From: a bacterium
GTDB taxonomy: Bacteria; Planctomycetota; UBA1135; GCA-002686595
Assembly: GCA_030426785.1 (NCBI GenBank)
Contig: JAUHXY010000001.1
Coordinates: 1 to 49,783, forward strand
Direction of reading: 5' to 3'
DNA: 49,783 bases
A program made the translations under genes and the position numbers. Of this stretch, positions 1-9,177 are shown piece after piece (the first letter of the stretch is position 1; each line of letters begins with the position of its first letter). The notes below the pieces were generated by a model. The model worked only from the letters and a program-made list of their open reading frames with translations. It was not told the DNA's origin and made no database searches.

Positions 1-712
1 GGAGGACCGGCGCCTCGTGCTCGCGGGTGGTTTGTCGATCATGCGTGCCTTGTGCGAGGAGTTTCACATCGAATCGATGGAAACGGCTTCGGGCGCATTG
101 CGCGAGGGACTGCTCTATCACCTGTTGGGTCGCCTGCACCACGAAGATGTTCGGCACCGGTCGGTCAGCGCGTTGGCCCTTCGATTTCGGGCCCGCTCCG
201 CTCACAACGATGAAGTGCGCAGCACGGCCGCCCACCTTTTCGATCAAGTGGAAAAGGATTGGGAGTTGAAGCGCCGTCATCGACGCTACTTGGACTGGAG
301 CTGTGCCCTGTTCGACATCGGCATGGCGGTTTCCTACAGCAATTACCACCGTCACGGCGCCTACATCGTGCGCAACTCGGACATGCCCGGCTTTTCGCAA
401 GAAGGCCAGGCCGTGCTCGCCGAGTTGTTGCGTTGCCAACGCAAACGCGTCCGCCGCTCCGACTTCGACGACTTTGACTCGCAAGAACAACGCCGCCTCC
501 AGCGTCTTGCGACCCTCCTCCGCATCGCTCGCCGTTTGCATCGCGTGCGTGCGGAAAAGTCGACCCCGCACATCGCGGTGCAGGCCAAAGGGTCGAGCTT
601 ACGCCTGCAGTTTCCCGAAGGGTGGATCGATCAGCACGCCCTCATTCAAGAAGACCTGAGTCAGGAAGCGGAACTGCTAAAGGCCTGGGGTATCGATCTG
701 CGCATTGCGTAG
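1..712 (+). CDS. ppx: Exopolyphosphatase / GppA-family phosphatase, C-terminal portion (5' end outside the window)
   Basis: The frame of ORF 17..712 stays open to the window edge. The translated region resembles the Ppx/GppA C-terminal HD-like domain (CALFDIGMAVSYSNYHRHGAYIVRNSDMPGFSQEGQ...LLRCQRK). No start codon lies in the window. Confidence 0.75.
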   Translation, partial: EDRRLVLAGGLSIMRALCEEFHIESMETASGALREGLLYHLLGRLHHEDVRHRSVSALALRFRARSAHNDEVRSTAAHLFDQVEKDWELKRRHRRYLDWSCALFDIGMAVSYSNYHRHGAYIVRNSDMPGFSQEGQAVLAELLRCQRKRVRRSDFDDFDSQEQRRLQRLATLLRIARRLHRVRAEKSTPHIAVQAKGSSLRLQFPEGWIDQHALIQEDLSQEAELLKAWGIDLRIA

Positions 713-2794
713 AAACTGCTGGATCAGTTGATCCTGCGCGTTGATGCCCTCTTCCGGGTGGCTGGGTTGACGGGTGTAGCTCCCTTCCGCGTCGGAATCC
801 CAAGCGATGACGCGCTCATCGAGGTAATTGAGCAGGTCTTCGTTCAGGATACGGTCGCGAATGCGTTCGTCGCGAATGGGAAAGCACAGCTCTACCCTCC
901 GAACGAGGTTGCGGGACATCCAGTCGGCGCTGGAGGCGTACAGCCGTTGTTTGCCCTTAGCGTGGAAGTAGTACAAGCGGCTGTGTTCCAAAAAGCGGCC
1001 CAGGATCGAGCGCACGCGAATCGTCTCCGAAACGCCGGGCAACCCGGGGCGCAAGCAGCACGCGCCGCGCACGATCAGGTCGACGGGCACGCCGGCTTGG
1101 GAAGCGCTGTACAGGGCGCGGATCACCCGCGGCTCCGTCAAAGCGTTGATCTTGGCGATGATGCGTGCGGGGTTGCCCTTGGCGGCCTCTTTCGCTTCGG
1201 TCTCGATGTGCTCGAGCATCGTGGAGAGCAGGGAGAAGGGGCTTTGCACGAGCAGGTCGAGCTTGGGCGCCTCCCCGACCCCGGTGAGCTGGGTGAAGAA
1301 GCGGTGCACGTCGTTGCCGATGCGCTTGTCCGAAGTGAGGAAGCCGATGTCGGTGTAGGCTTTCGCGGTTCCGGGGTGGTAGTTGCCGGTGCCCAGGTGG
1401 CAATAGCGGCGCAATTTGCCCTTCTCGCGACGCACGACCATCAGGGCTTTTGCGTGCGTTTTGTAGCCGACGATGCCGTAGGTCACGCTGGCACCGGCTT
1501 CTTGCAAGCGCGTCGCCAAATCGATGTTGTTGGCTTCATCAAAGCGCGCGCGCAATTCGATCACCGCCGTGACCTGCTTTCCGTTTTGTGCGGCTTCGAT
1601 CAAAGCCTGCGAAACCGCTGACTCGGTCCCCGTGCGGTACAAGGTTTGTTTGATGGCGAGCACATCCGGATCCCGGGCACCCTGCTGCAGCAGATCGAGG
1701 ACCGGCTGGAAAGACTCGTAGGGGTGGTGCAGGACGATGTCCGTCTCGCGCAGCGCGTCGAAGATGTTGGAGGCGGTGGGGATCCGGCGCGAAGGTTGCG
1801 GGACCCAGTGGCGATAGCGCAGGTCCGCCCGATCGACGCTCGAGACCAACGCGCCGATACGGTGCAGGTTGACGGGGCCGTTGACGCGATACAGGTCGCG
1901 CTCTTCCAGGCTGAACTCGTTGAGCAAAAACTTGGCGATCGACTTGGGGCAATCTTCGGCCACCTCCAAACGCACCGGGCGCGCGTAGCGCCGTTCGGGC
2001 AACTCCCCTTGCAGGGCTTTGAGCAGGTCTTCTACCTCTTCTTCGTCGACCCACAGTTCCCCGTCGCGCGTCACCCGGAACTGGTAGCAGCCTTTGACTT
2101 CGACGCTGTCGAACAGCTTGTGAATGTTCGCGTGGATGATGGAGGAGAGCAGAACCCAGTCAGAATCCCATTCCTCTTCCGTTTGGGGCAGCGAGATCAC
2201 GCGCGGCAAAGTGCGCGGAACCTGCACGACCGCCAAATCGACGTTGCGCCCCAGCGCATCCTCACCCTCCAACGAAACGATGAAGTTGAGGCTTTTGTTC
2301 AAAATGCGCGGGAAGGGATGCGCTTGATCCAGACCGATGGGGGTCAGGACCGGCAACACCTGTTGGGTGAAGTACTCTTCGATCCAAGCGCTTTGGGCCT
2401 TGTTCCAGGCATCCCGACGGACGAGACGGATGCCCTCTAACAGCAGGGCGGGCAAAATCTCGTCGTTGAAGACCGCGTATTGGTCTTCCACCAACTCGTG
2501 CGCGCGCCGGGAGATCGCTTCGAGGACTTCTTCGGAGGTGCGTCCGTCGATCGTCTGCGCCTGGGGCGCGTAGATCGAGCGTTCGCGGTGCGATGCGGCG
2601 CGTACCTCGAAAAACTCATCCAGGTTGGTGCTGGTGATCGTCAGGAAGAACAACCGTTCCAGCAGCGGGACCGCAGGGTCTTGCGCCTGCGCCAGCACCC
2701 GTTGGTTGAACTCCAGCAGGGAGAGGTCACGGTTCAAAAACCGTTCGGAGTCGTCGTGCTGGTGCAAGTGGGTGGCGGGCAGAGAAGGGCACAT
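677..2794 (-). CDS. ppk: Polyphosphate kinase 1
   Basis: 705 aa from the first ATG (2794); the ORF-track start at 2818 is TTG. It is colinear with PPK1: N-terminal FLNRDLSLLEFNQRVL, KTHAKALMV (autophosphorylated His region) and GRFLEHSRLYYF. The 3' end overlaps ppx by 36 nt. Confidence 0.95.
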   Translation of the reverse strand: MCPSLPATHLHQHDDSERFLNRDLSLLEFNQRVLAQAQDPAVPLLERLFFLTITSTNLDEFFEVRAASHRERSIYAPQAQTIDGRTSEEVLEAISRRAHELVEDQYAVFNDEILPALLLEGIRLVRRDAWNKAQSAWIEEYFTQQVLPVLTPIGLDQAHPFPRILNKSLNFIVSLEGEDALGRNVDLAVVQVPRTLPRVISLPQTEEEWDSDWVLLSSIIHANIHKLFDSVEVKGCYQFRVTRDGELWVDEEEVEDLLKALQGELPERRYARPVRLEVAEDCPKSIAKFLLNEFSLEERDLYRVNGPVNLHRIGALVSSVDRADLRYRHWVPQPSRRIPTASNIFDALRETDIVLHHPYESFQPVLDLLQQGARDPDVLAIKQTLYRTGTESAVSQALIEAAQNGKQVTAVIELRARFDEANNIDLATRLQEAGASVTYGIVGYKTHAKALMVVRREKGKLRRYCHLGTGNYHPGTAKAYTDIGFLTSDKRIGNDVHRFFTQLTGVGEAPKLDLLVQSPFSLLSTMLEHIETEAKEAAKGNPARIIAKINALTEPRVIRALYSASQAGVPVDLIVRGACCLRPGLPGVSETIRVRSILGRFLEHSRLYYFHAKGKQRLYASSADWMSRNLVRRVELCFPIRDERIRDRILNEDLLNYLDERVIAWDSDAEGSYTRQPSHPEEGINAQDQLIQQFLRNAQIDTPGL

Positions 2795-2805
2795 GGGGAC
2801 ACCGA

Positions 2806-3546
2806 TTACGGGCCCCAATTACAGTGGAAGAGTGGGTCGCCGACAATCGCACTCAGGCGGGCTTTAGCGGGAATTAACAATCGGCCGGCGGACGCTCCGA
2901 GGGCCTCTTGGATCAATGGGAGCTCCTCTTGACTGGTGGTGACGAGAGCCGGGACACGCAGCCACGACCACACCGTTTCGATCAAGGCGAATGCCCGTTG
3001 GCGCTCGCGGGGGAAGTTCCCCCGTCCGGTCGCTTCTGGGGTTCCTTGGCGGCCATACAAGCGATCGTGGAGGGCGGGAAAGGCATCGGGGTCGGTCAAG
3101 ACGCTCGCGAACCAGAGGTGATCGGCACGCGCTTCGGTCGCCTGCGGGCAGGGTTTGGTTTGCAGCTTGAGGCCTTGCCAGGGTTCCTTTCGTCGAGCCA
3201 CCTCCAGCGCGTCCTGCAGGGCACGAGCCTCGTCGCTCGGGAGCGTGAAGGCGTCGACGGTGCGCCCGAGGACGAGACACTCGAAGAGCATCGGAACGAG
3301 CTCCGCTACGCCGATGCCCAGGTACAAGGACCGGCCGCCGGGCTTTAAGAGATCCGCCAAATCGCTCGCGAAGAGCAAACCCGTGTCTTGGATGGCTTCG
3401 ACGGCTTCGGGGGAAAAGAAGTGTTCGCCTCCCGTCTCGCAATAGCTGTGGCCCAGCGCCTGCCAGTCGAGTTCGGACTGCACGGCTCCCAGCGTGCGTG
3501 CAAAGCGTCCGACCGCGTCCGCATCCGGCGTTTGGGGTCGCCTCAT
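2806..3546 (-). CDS. Hypothetical cytoplasmic protein (246 aa), family not recognised
   Basis: Start chosen at ATG 3546, which overlaps the upstream stop as ATGA (3543-3546). The longer ORF-track version to 3768 would run about 220 nt into the upstream gene. No signal peptide. There is a weak Rossmann-like strand-helix (GRSLYLGIGVAELVPML). Confidence 0.6.
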   Translation of the reverse strand: MRRPQTPDADAVGRFARTLGAVQSELDWQALGHSYCETGGEHFFSPEAVEAIQDTGLLFASDLADLLKPGGRSLYLGIGVAELVPMLFECLVLGRTVDAFTLPSDEARALQDALEVARRKEPWQGLKLQTKPCPQATEARADHLWFASVLTDPDAFPALHDRLYGRQGTPEATGRGNFPRERQRAFALIETVWSWLRVPALVTTSQEELPLIQEALGASAGRLLIPAKARLSAIVGDPLFHCNWGP

Positions 3547-5372
3547 TGGGGCGCCACGGGGACGACGATTTCGATCACTTCTCCGTCGGGCACCCGCACG
3601 GTTTGCGGAGGGATCGGCGCGTAGCCCCGCAGTGCGGGGAAGCGCACGGTGTAGTTTCCGGGCTGCGACAGGTGGAATTGGGTGAAGTGCTCGAGCGAGC
3701 GGGCCAAGGTGACCTTCCCGTCGCCTTCTTCCGCTTGAATGCGCACGTCGCCGGTCCACTCGACCCACTCGTTGCCGTTTTGCAGCGCGATGCGCAAAGC
3801 GGTTGCCCGCCGCAAAGGCCAGACGGTTTGGTGATCGCCGGGTTGGTCGATGGTCCTTTCGGCCGGTTCGAAGCGCGGGTCGTGCAGCTGCAGCCGCAGG
3901 GGGGCATCGGGACCGTAGAGGGTGAAGTGGTCGGACCCTTCTCGATGGGGTAACAGCCGGCGTTCGCTCAAGAAGGGCGCGGTGTCATCGATCTTTTTGC
4001 GCAGGGCTTCGGGTTCTAGCGCGGACCATTCCAGACTGCTAGGGAACACCACCTCGCCGCTGCGGTCATCCACCGTTTGGATTTGCACCGTGCGCGGAGC
4101 GGGCAGTGCAAAGTCCAGTTTCAGGTGTCCGCCGCCGTAGATCTCGCGATACACGGAGTACGAGGTGTGTTGAAAGCTCAGGCTGTAGGCGCCCGGAGCG
4201 ACCTCGGGCAAGTGCCACGAGTACAGGCGCTCTTGGCCCGCCACCGGAACGAAGGCCGAGCCCGGGACCTCGAAGTGGCGGCCCCACTTGCCGTACGGGT
4301 CCAAGCGTTCGAGCTGAAACGTAAGCCCAACGACGTTGCCCCAACCCTCCGGAACGTGGATCGTTCCACCCGCCGGTACGGGGAAAAACACCGGCTCGTC
4401 CTTGAGGGGCAGATTCAGTTCGGTGGTGTGCCCCGCCAGGATCTCCACCTGCGCGTCCCCGTACACGGGCATGTTGTCGGGGCGGATCGGATCTTCCGAC
4501 GAAATGTGGTACACGCCAACGGGCAGACCTTGGACCTCGATGTGGTTCTCGTAGCGCTTGAGCTCGTGCACCAAGGGGTGCGCGTCGGGCGCGGGGTTGA
4601 GGTTGCGTACGCGGAAAACCTGACCGCGGCCTGGACCTTCTTGGAGCAATTGCACTTTGAGAGTACCGCCCGCGGGCAACTGCATGGTTTGCACGCCGCC
4701 CAGGAACGGATCGGGCGTGATCTTGGTCCAAGCGTGGCCCGGTGCATGCACGTAGTAGGTGTACAGGTCCGGGCTGTCGATCGAGAAAGCGATGGGGGAG
4801 GGCACGTCGCGAAACACGAGGTGCGTCTTCTTGTCGAGCGGCCCGGGCAAGGGCAAGCGGGCGAACTTGCTAAGTTTGCGGATCACGGTGATGTCCGTGA
4901 GTTCGCTGCGCCCGTCGGAGCCGTAGACGCGCAGCTCAAAGTGGAGCGGGATGCGCACGACGACTTCGTACTCCCCGTCGGTGGGCCGGGGAATCCATCG
5001 ATTGCCGTCGAGCGGGTAGCCAGCTCCCTCGGTCGTGCGGGTTGCTAGGACCTGCAGGGTGCACTCGCTGGGCAGCTCGACCGAGTAGGCACCCGCTTTC
5101 ACCTCGGTTTCGATCGAGTAGGTCTCTTTTCCCGGCTCGCGCACGCGGAACACCATGGTGCCGTCACCGGTCGCCGGCACGACTCCGTCGGGTTGTTGCA
5201 CGAGGATCACCCCCGAGAGAGTTTCCGTCGAGTGGGTGTCCGTCGATCCCGTCGCAGCGCGGACCGGGGAGAGGGAGCCGAGCCACAGAAGGGACCAGAG
5301 GCTCAGGAGAAGGATCCAACCGGAGAACTGGCGCGCGGTTTGGACGGAAGAACGAGTCGTGAGGGTGCTCAT
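3543..5372 (-). CDS. Exported beta-rich protein (609 aa), function unknown
   Basis: ATG start. Signal peptide WILLLSLWSLLWLGSLSPVRA. Long beta-strand-like composition with no catalytic motif recognised. It is followed by the ATGA-coupled downstream gene. Confidence 0.7.
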   Translation of the reverse strand: MSTLTTRSSVQTARQFSGWILLLSLWSLLWLGSLSPVRAATGSTDTHSTETLSGVILVQQPDGVVPATGDGTMVFRVREPGKETYSIETEVKAGAYSVELPSECTLQVLATRTTEGAGYPLDGNRWIPRPTDGEYEVVVRIPLHFELRVYGSDGRSELTDITVIRKLSKFARLPLPGPLDKKTHLVFRDVPSPIAFSIDSPDLYTYYVHAPGHAWTKITPDPFLGGVQTMQLPAGGTLKVQLLQEGPGRGQVFRVRNLNPAPDAHPLVHELKRYENHIEVQGLPVGVYHISSEDPIRPDNMPVYGDAQVEILAGHTTELNLPLKDEPVFFPVPAGGTIHVPEGWGNVVGLTFQLERLDPYGKWGRHFEVPGSAFVPVAGQERLYSWHLPEVAPGAYSLSFQHTSYSVYREIYGGGHLKLDFALPAPRTVQIQTVDDRSGEVVFPSSLEWSALEPEALRKKIDDTAPFLSERRLLPHREGSDHFTLYGPDAPLRLQLHDPRFEPAERTIDQPGDHQTVWPLRRATALRIALQNGNEWVEWTGDVRIQAEEGDGKVTLARSLEHFTQFHLSQPGNYTVRFPALRGYAPIPPQTVRVPDGEVIEIVVPVAPQ

Positions 5373-5405
5373 GGCGATGGGGGAGCGGTCGCCGGTTGCG
5401 ATCGG

Positions 5406-7490
5406 CTACCCGTAGAGTTCGTACAGCTCGGCGATGGGCTCGGTTTCTCCGATGATCAGTAGGCGATCTCCGGTCCGGAGCTCCGTACCGCCGCGGGGCA
5501 CCATCGTATGACTTCCCCGCTGGATCGCGGCGACCAAGGTGCCCTCCGGCAAGGCGATGTCCCGTAGGCAGCACCCGATCCAATCCTGGGCCGCCTTGTT
5601 TTTGCCCAGCTCGATGGAGATGTAGCGTTCGTTGCGCAGGAAGACTTCCCGCAGCTCGACCTCGGTTTTCGCGGAAAGCCAGGTGCCCAGGAAGTTCGGA
5701 TCGTCGATGCGGGTCGCGAGGTGGGCGAGCAAGCGCAGGTGCTGGCCGGGGTCCTCCTCGGGGCTGACCAGGAAAAAGATGGCGTGCACCCCTTCGCTCA
5801 GGGTGGTTTTTCCGAAGACGTCTCCCGCCATGATGTTGAGCTGCTCGCGGCAGCGCACCAGCACCATCTCCGGGCGCTCGATGCCCTCGAGACGCATGTG
5901 GGGCAAGGCCACGCCTTTGGCGACCGGAGTGGCGCCCATCAGAGTGCCTTCGGTGAAGCCTTGGACAAAAACGTCCTGCTTGTGACCGGTCGCGTTCCAC
6001 AAGCGGTCCGCAGCGTGGCGCACGAGGTTCTCGAAGCTCTCGCGGCCCGTCACATCCAGGACGGCAGCGCCCAGCAGCAGCTCATCGATGGGGTCCTGTT
6101 CGCGCAGACCCTTTTCCTTGAGGATCGAGCGCAGCTCGGTGTCCAGCCCCTCGTTGCGCTGTTCCCCCCAGCGCGCGAAGACATGGAAGAGCGCACCCCG
6201 CCGCTCGACCCGCGGAGCCGCGTAGGTCAAGTACCACGCGATGCCCGCGCCCACGAGGCCCAAGCTGAACAGGGTCGAGGCCAAACCCATCTGCGCGATC
6301 AGCGCGAAGGGCGCCAGCAAGCCGAACACGGGCAAGGCCGGGTAGAACGGCACACGGTAACCCGGGTCGTAGGACTTGAGTTGGCTTTCGCGCATCACGA
6401 TGACCGCCAAACACAAGGTGGCGAACATCATGAGCATGAAAGTACTCGCAAGCTTGGCGATGCTGAGCGGGTCGAGCAGCAGGATCACGGCGATGGTGGA
6501 AGCCACCGTGACGATCACCGCTTGGATGGGCGTGCCCGCTTCGTTGGTCTTGGCGAACCAGGACGGCAGCAAGTCATCCCGGCCCATGGCCAGCGGATAA
6601 CGCGACGCGGCCATGATGCCCGCGTTGGATACGGAGAAGAACGCCAGGGCGGCGGCCGCAGCGATCGCGCCCATGCCCGGTGCGCCCAACACGGCTTTGG
6701 CGGCGCTCGCCATGGGGGTGGTGGAGCCTTTCAGGTCTTCCATGGGCACCACGCCGACCATCACGAGCACGCACAAGAAGTAGACCAACAAGCACACCCC
6801 AATCGCCAAGAAGACCCCGTAGGTCAGGTTGCGTTCAGGGTTGTGCACCTCCTCGGCGATGCTGGCGACCTTGGTCACCGCGATGTAGCTTATGTACACG
6901 AGGCCGGTGGTGGCCAGGATCACGTCCGCGGGGGCGTCGAAGACCCCTTCCAGTCGCGTGGTGTTCACTTCGGGCAGACCGAAGGCCATGAACAGCCCCA
7001 AGATCAGCAACAGCCCGATCACGAGCACCCGCTGAAAGCCCCCCGCTTTGTGCGAACCCGCCAGGTTGAGCCATCCGAAGAAGAGCGCAAACCCGGCCGC
7101 GATGCCCTTCGTCATCCAATCGGACGAATCGAGGTAAAGGGAGACGTAGGCCCCCAGCCCGACCAAGGCGAAGGCGTTCTTGAGCACGAGCGTCAGCCAC
7201 GTACCCACGCCGCCGATGGTGCCGGCCAGCGGACCGAGGCTGCGATCGAGGAAGAAGTAAATGCCGCCCGCGCGCGGCATGGCGGTGGAGAGTTCCACGA
7301 TGCACATCACCGCCGGCATGAGCGGGATGGCCACCAGCACGTAGCACAACAGGATGGCCGGGCCCGCGAGGGTCGCCGCGGGGCCAGGCAGCAAAAACAG
7401 ACCGCCACTCAGGGTAGCGCCCGCGCCGATTGCGAAGACGTCGAAGAGCCCGAGCGGCTTGTGCGGGTTTCCGTTTGCGGTGGCGGCCAC
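5406..7490 (-). CDS. APC-family amino acid/cation permease fused to a PTS EIIA type-2 (EIIA-Ntr-like) domain and a TrkA_C/RCK_C-like domain
   Basis: 694 aa; the GTG start lies 3 nt after the upstream stop. Multi-TM APC-like core (FAIGAGATLSGGLFLLPG...). EIIA-2-like segment with GVALPH(531)MRL (His codon 5898-5900) and ...VHAIFFLVSPEEDPGQHLRLLAHLA.... Terminal LPEGTLVAAIQRGSHTMVPRGGTELRTGDRLLIIGE resembles TrkA_C. Confidence 0.85.
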   Translation of the reverse strand: MAATANGNPHKPLGLFDVFAIGAGATLSGGLFLLPGPAATLAGPAILLCYVLVAIPLMPAVMCIVELSTAMPRAGGIYFFLDRSLGPLAGTIGGVGTWLTLVLKNAFALVGLGAYVSLYLDSSDWMTKGIAAGFALFFGWLNLAGSHKAGGFQRVLVIGLLLILGLFMAFGLPEVNTTRLEGVFDAPADVILATTGLVYISYIAVTKVASIAEEVHNPERNLTYGVFLAIGVCLLVYFLCVLVMVGVVPMEDLKGSTTPMASAAKAVLGAPGMGAIAAAAALAFFSVSNAGIMAASRYPLAMGRDDLLPSWFAKTNEAGTPIQAVIVTVASTIAVILLLDPLSIAKLASTFMLMMFATLCLAVIVMRESQLKSYDPGYRVPFYPALPVFGLLAPFALIAQMGLASTLFSLGLVGAGIAWYLTYAAPRVERRGALFHVFARWGEQRNEGLDTELRSILKEKGLREQDPIDELLLGAAVLDVTGRESFENLVRHAADRLWNATGHKQDVFVQGFTEGTLMGATPVAKGVALPHMRLEGIERPEMVLVRCREQLNIMAGDVFGKTTLSEGVHAIFFLVSPEEDPGQHLRLLAHLATRIDDPNFLGTWLSAKTEVELREVFLRNERYISIELGKNKAAQDWIGCCLRDIALPEGTLVAAIQRGSHTMVPRGGTELRTGDRLLIIGETEPIAELYELYG

Positions 7491-7493
7491 GGA

Positions 7494-9173
7494 CTACTCT
7501 CCGAGCTTGGTGCCCCGGCCCCACATCAGCGTGTGGTAAGCGCCGACGGGCTGGGCGCCGAAGGACTCTTGATCGCCATTGGGCCAGGTCACGATCACGT
7601 CCGTGACTTCGCCGTAGGGCTTACCTTCCGCATCCATGCCGAGGCCGAAGTGGGCGCGAGGGTCGTTGCTGGAGAGATAGCTGTAGGCGGGTTCGGCCAC
7701 GCGATAGAGCTTTTGATCTTTCCCGAAACGCACTTCCACGCGGGCGCCCGGGGTGAAGTGGGACTTGGAGTCCTTGCACACAAAACCGATCCAGCCTCCG
7801 CGCCGGGGAGCTTCGTTCCACAGCAGGGAAGCCGGCGCGTCGCGGTTGATGATCACGATGTCCACGTCCCCGTCGTTGTCGAGGTCGCCGAACGCTGCGC
7901 CGCGGCTCGTGGCGATGGGGTTGCCAGCCACCCCGCCGTGGGGCACCTCTTCGAACTTGGTGCCGCCTTTGCCTTGGAACAGGTGGTTGGGTTCCGCGTA
8001 GGGGTCCTTGGGATCAAAGCGCTCGTTTTCCTTCCAAGCCTGCACTGCACCGTTGACCACGTAGAGGTCGAGCAGGCCGTCCAAGTCGAAGTCCTGGAAG
8101 CCCATGCCGAACCCGGTGAAGGCCAAGCTGGTGTTGCCCGTCCCGGTCATCGCGGTCCGGTCGCGGAAGCGCCCACGCGAGTTCAGATAAAACGTGTTCG
8201 TTTCGCGCCGCAGGTGGGTCATGAACAGATCCAAATCGCCATCCATGTCCACGTCGACGAATTGCACACCCATGCCGGCCTCCGGGGTGCCGTTGCCGTT
8301 GACCGCGCAGCCTTTGATCAGGCCTAAGTCCTTGAACTTGCCTTTGCCGTCGTTGGTCCACAGGACGTTCGGCGTGGCGTCATTGGCCACGTAAATGTCC
8401 GCGTCTCCGTCGTTGTCGTAGTCGCCGATCGCAACCCCCAAGCCGTTCCCGAAGGCCAAGTCCACGCCCGCGATGGTCGTGAGGTTGCTGTAGGACAAGC
8501 GCCCAAGCTTGTAGAGCAGGTCGGAGCTCGGCGCGTTGTAGTTGTTCGGACTGCAGTAGTCGGGCTCGCCGTAGTAGTTGAAGCACTCCACCTCGGTGCT
8601 CGCGGACCAGCCCAAGTTGTTGGTCACGAATAGGTCCAGGTTGCGATCCCCATCGATGTCGACGAAGGCGGCGCTGGTGCCCCAGCGCACGTCCTCGACC
8701 TGCATTTCTTTCGTCACGTCTTTGAAGGTGCCGTCCCCTTGGTTTTGGTAGAGCACGTTGTTGCCGACGTTGGTCAGAAACATGTCCGTGTCGCCGTCGC
8801 GATCGTAGTCGCCGCAGGCGATGCCCATGCCGTAGCCCATGTGCCCGACCTGCGCGGCGGCGGTGACGTCTTCGAACTTTCCGTTGCCCAGGTTGCGAAA
8901 GAGCTTGTTCTCGGTGGTAACGACGTCGCCTTCGTCCTCCACCAGCTCACCGCCTTGCAGCACGTAGATATCAAGCCAACCGTCGTTGTCGTAGTCGAGC
9001 AGCCCCACGCCGCCGCCCATGATCTCGGGGAAGTGAAAACCGGTGCCAGCGCCGGAGCGGTAGGTATAGACGAACCCGCTTTCCTGAGCTCCTTCACGGA
9101 ACCAAGGCTTGGGAGCCTCGGCTTCTTGAAGGCTCGGGGAGAGAGAAGCGAGAGCGAAGAGCAGGAGGGTCAT
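7494..9173 (-). CDS. CRTAC1/ASPIC-UnbV family FG-GAP (VCBS) repeat protein, exported
   Basis: 559 aa from ATG 9173. Signal peptide MTLLLFALASLSPSLQEAEA. Seven Ca-binding-type loops (DYDNDGWLDIY, DYDRDGDTDMF, DIDGDRNLDLF, DYDNDGDADIY, DVDMDGDLDLF, DFDLDGLLDLY, DLDNDGDVDIV). C-terminal UnbV/ASPIC-like tail (...YSYLSSNDPRAHFGLG...VTWPNG). Confidence 0.85.
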   Translation of the reverse strand: MTLLLFALASLSPSLQEAEAPKPWFREGAQESGFVYTYRSGAGTGFHFPEIMGGGVGLLDYDNDGWLDIYVLQGGELVEDEGDVVTTENKLFRNLGNGKFEDVTAAAQVGHMGYGMGIACGDYDRDGDTDMFLTNVGNNVLYQNQGDGTFKDVTKEMQVEDVRWGTSAAFVDIDGDRNLDLFVTNNLGWSASTEVECFNYYGEPDYCSPNNYNAPSSDLLYKLGRLSYSNLTTIAGVDLAFGNGLGVAIGDYDNDGDADIYVANDATPNVLWTNDGKGKFKDLGLIKGCAVNGNGTPEAGMGVQFVDVDMDGDLDLFMTHLRRETNTFYLNSRGRFRDRTAMTGTGNTSLAFTGFGMGFQDFDLDGLLDLYVVNGAVQAWKENERFDPKDPYAEPNHLFQGKGGTKFEEVPHGGVAGNPIATSRGAAFGDLDNDGDVDIVIINRDAPASLLWNEAPRRGGWIGFVCKDSKSHFTPGARVEVRFGKDQKLYRVAEPAYSYLSSNDPRAHFGLGMDAEGKPYGEVTDVIVTWPNGDQESFGAQPVGAYHTLMWGRGTKLGE

Positions 9174-9177
9174 GGAG

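Noticed and set aside
5721-8327. 868-aa + strand ORF, the longest in this region
   Set aside because: It is entirely antisense to two well-supported genes (the APC-EIIA permease and the CRTAC1-like protein). Its translated composition (runs of G/R/H/A/D/E/Q, no motifs) is typical of stop-free antisense frames in high-GC DNA.
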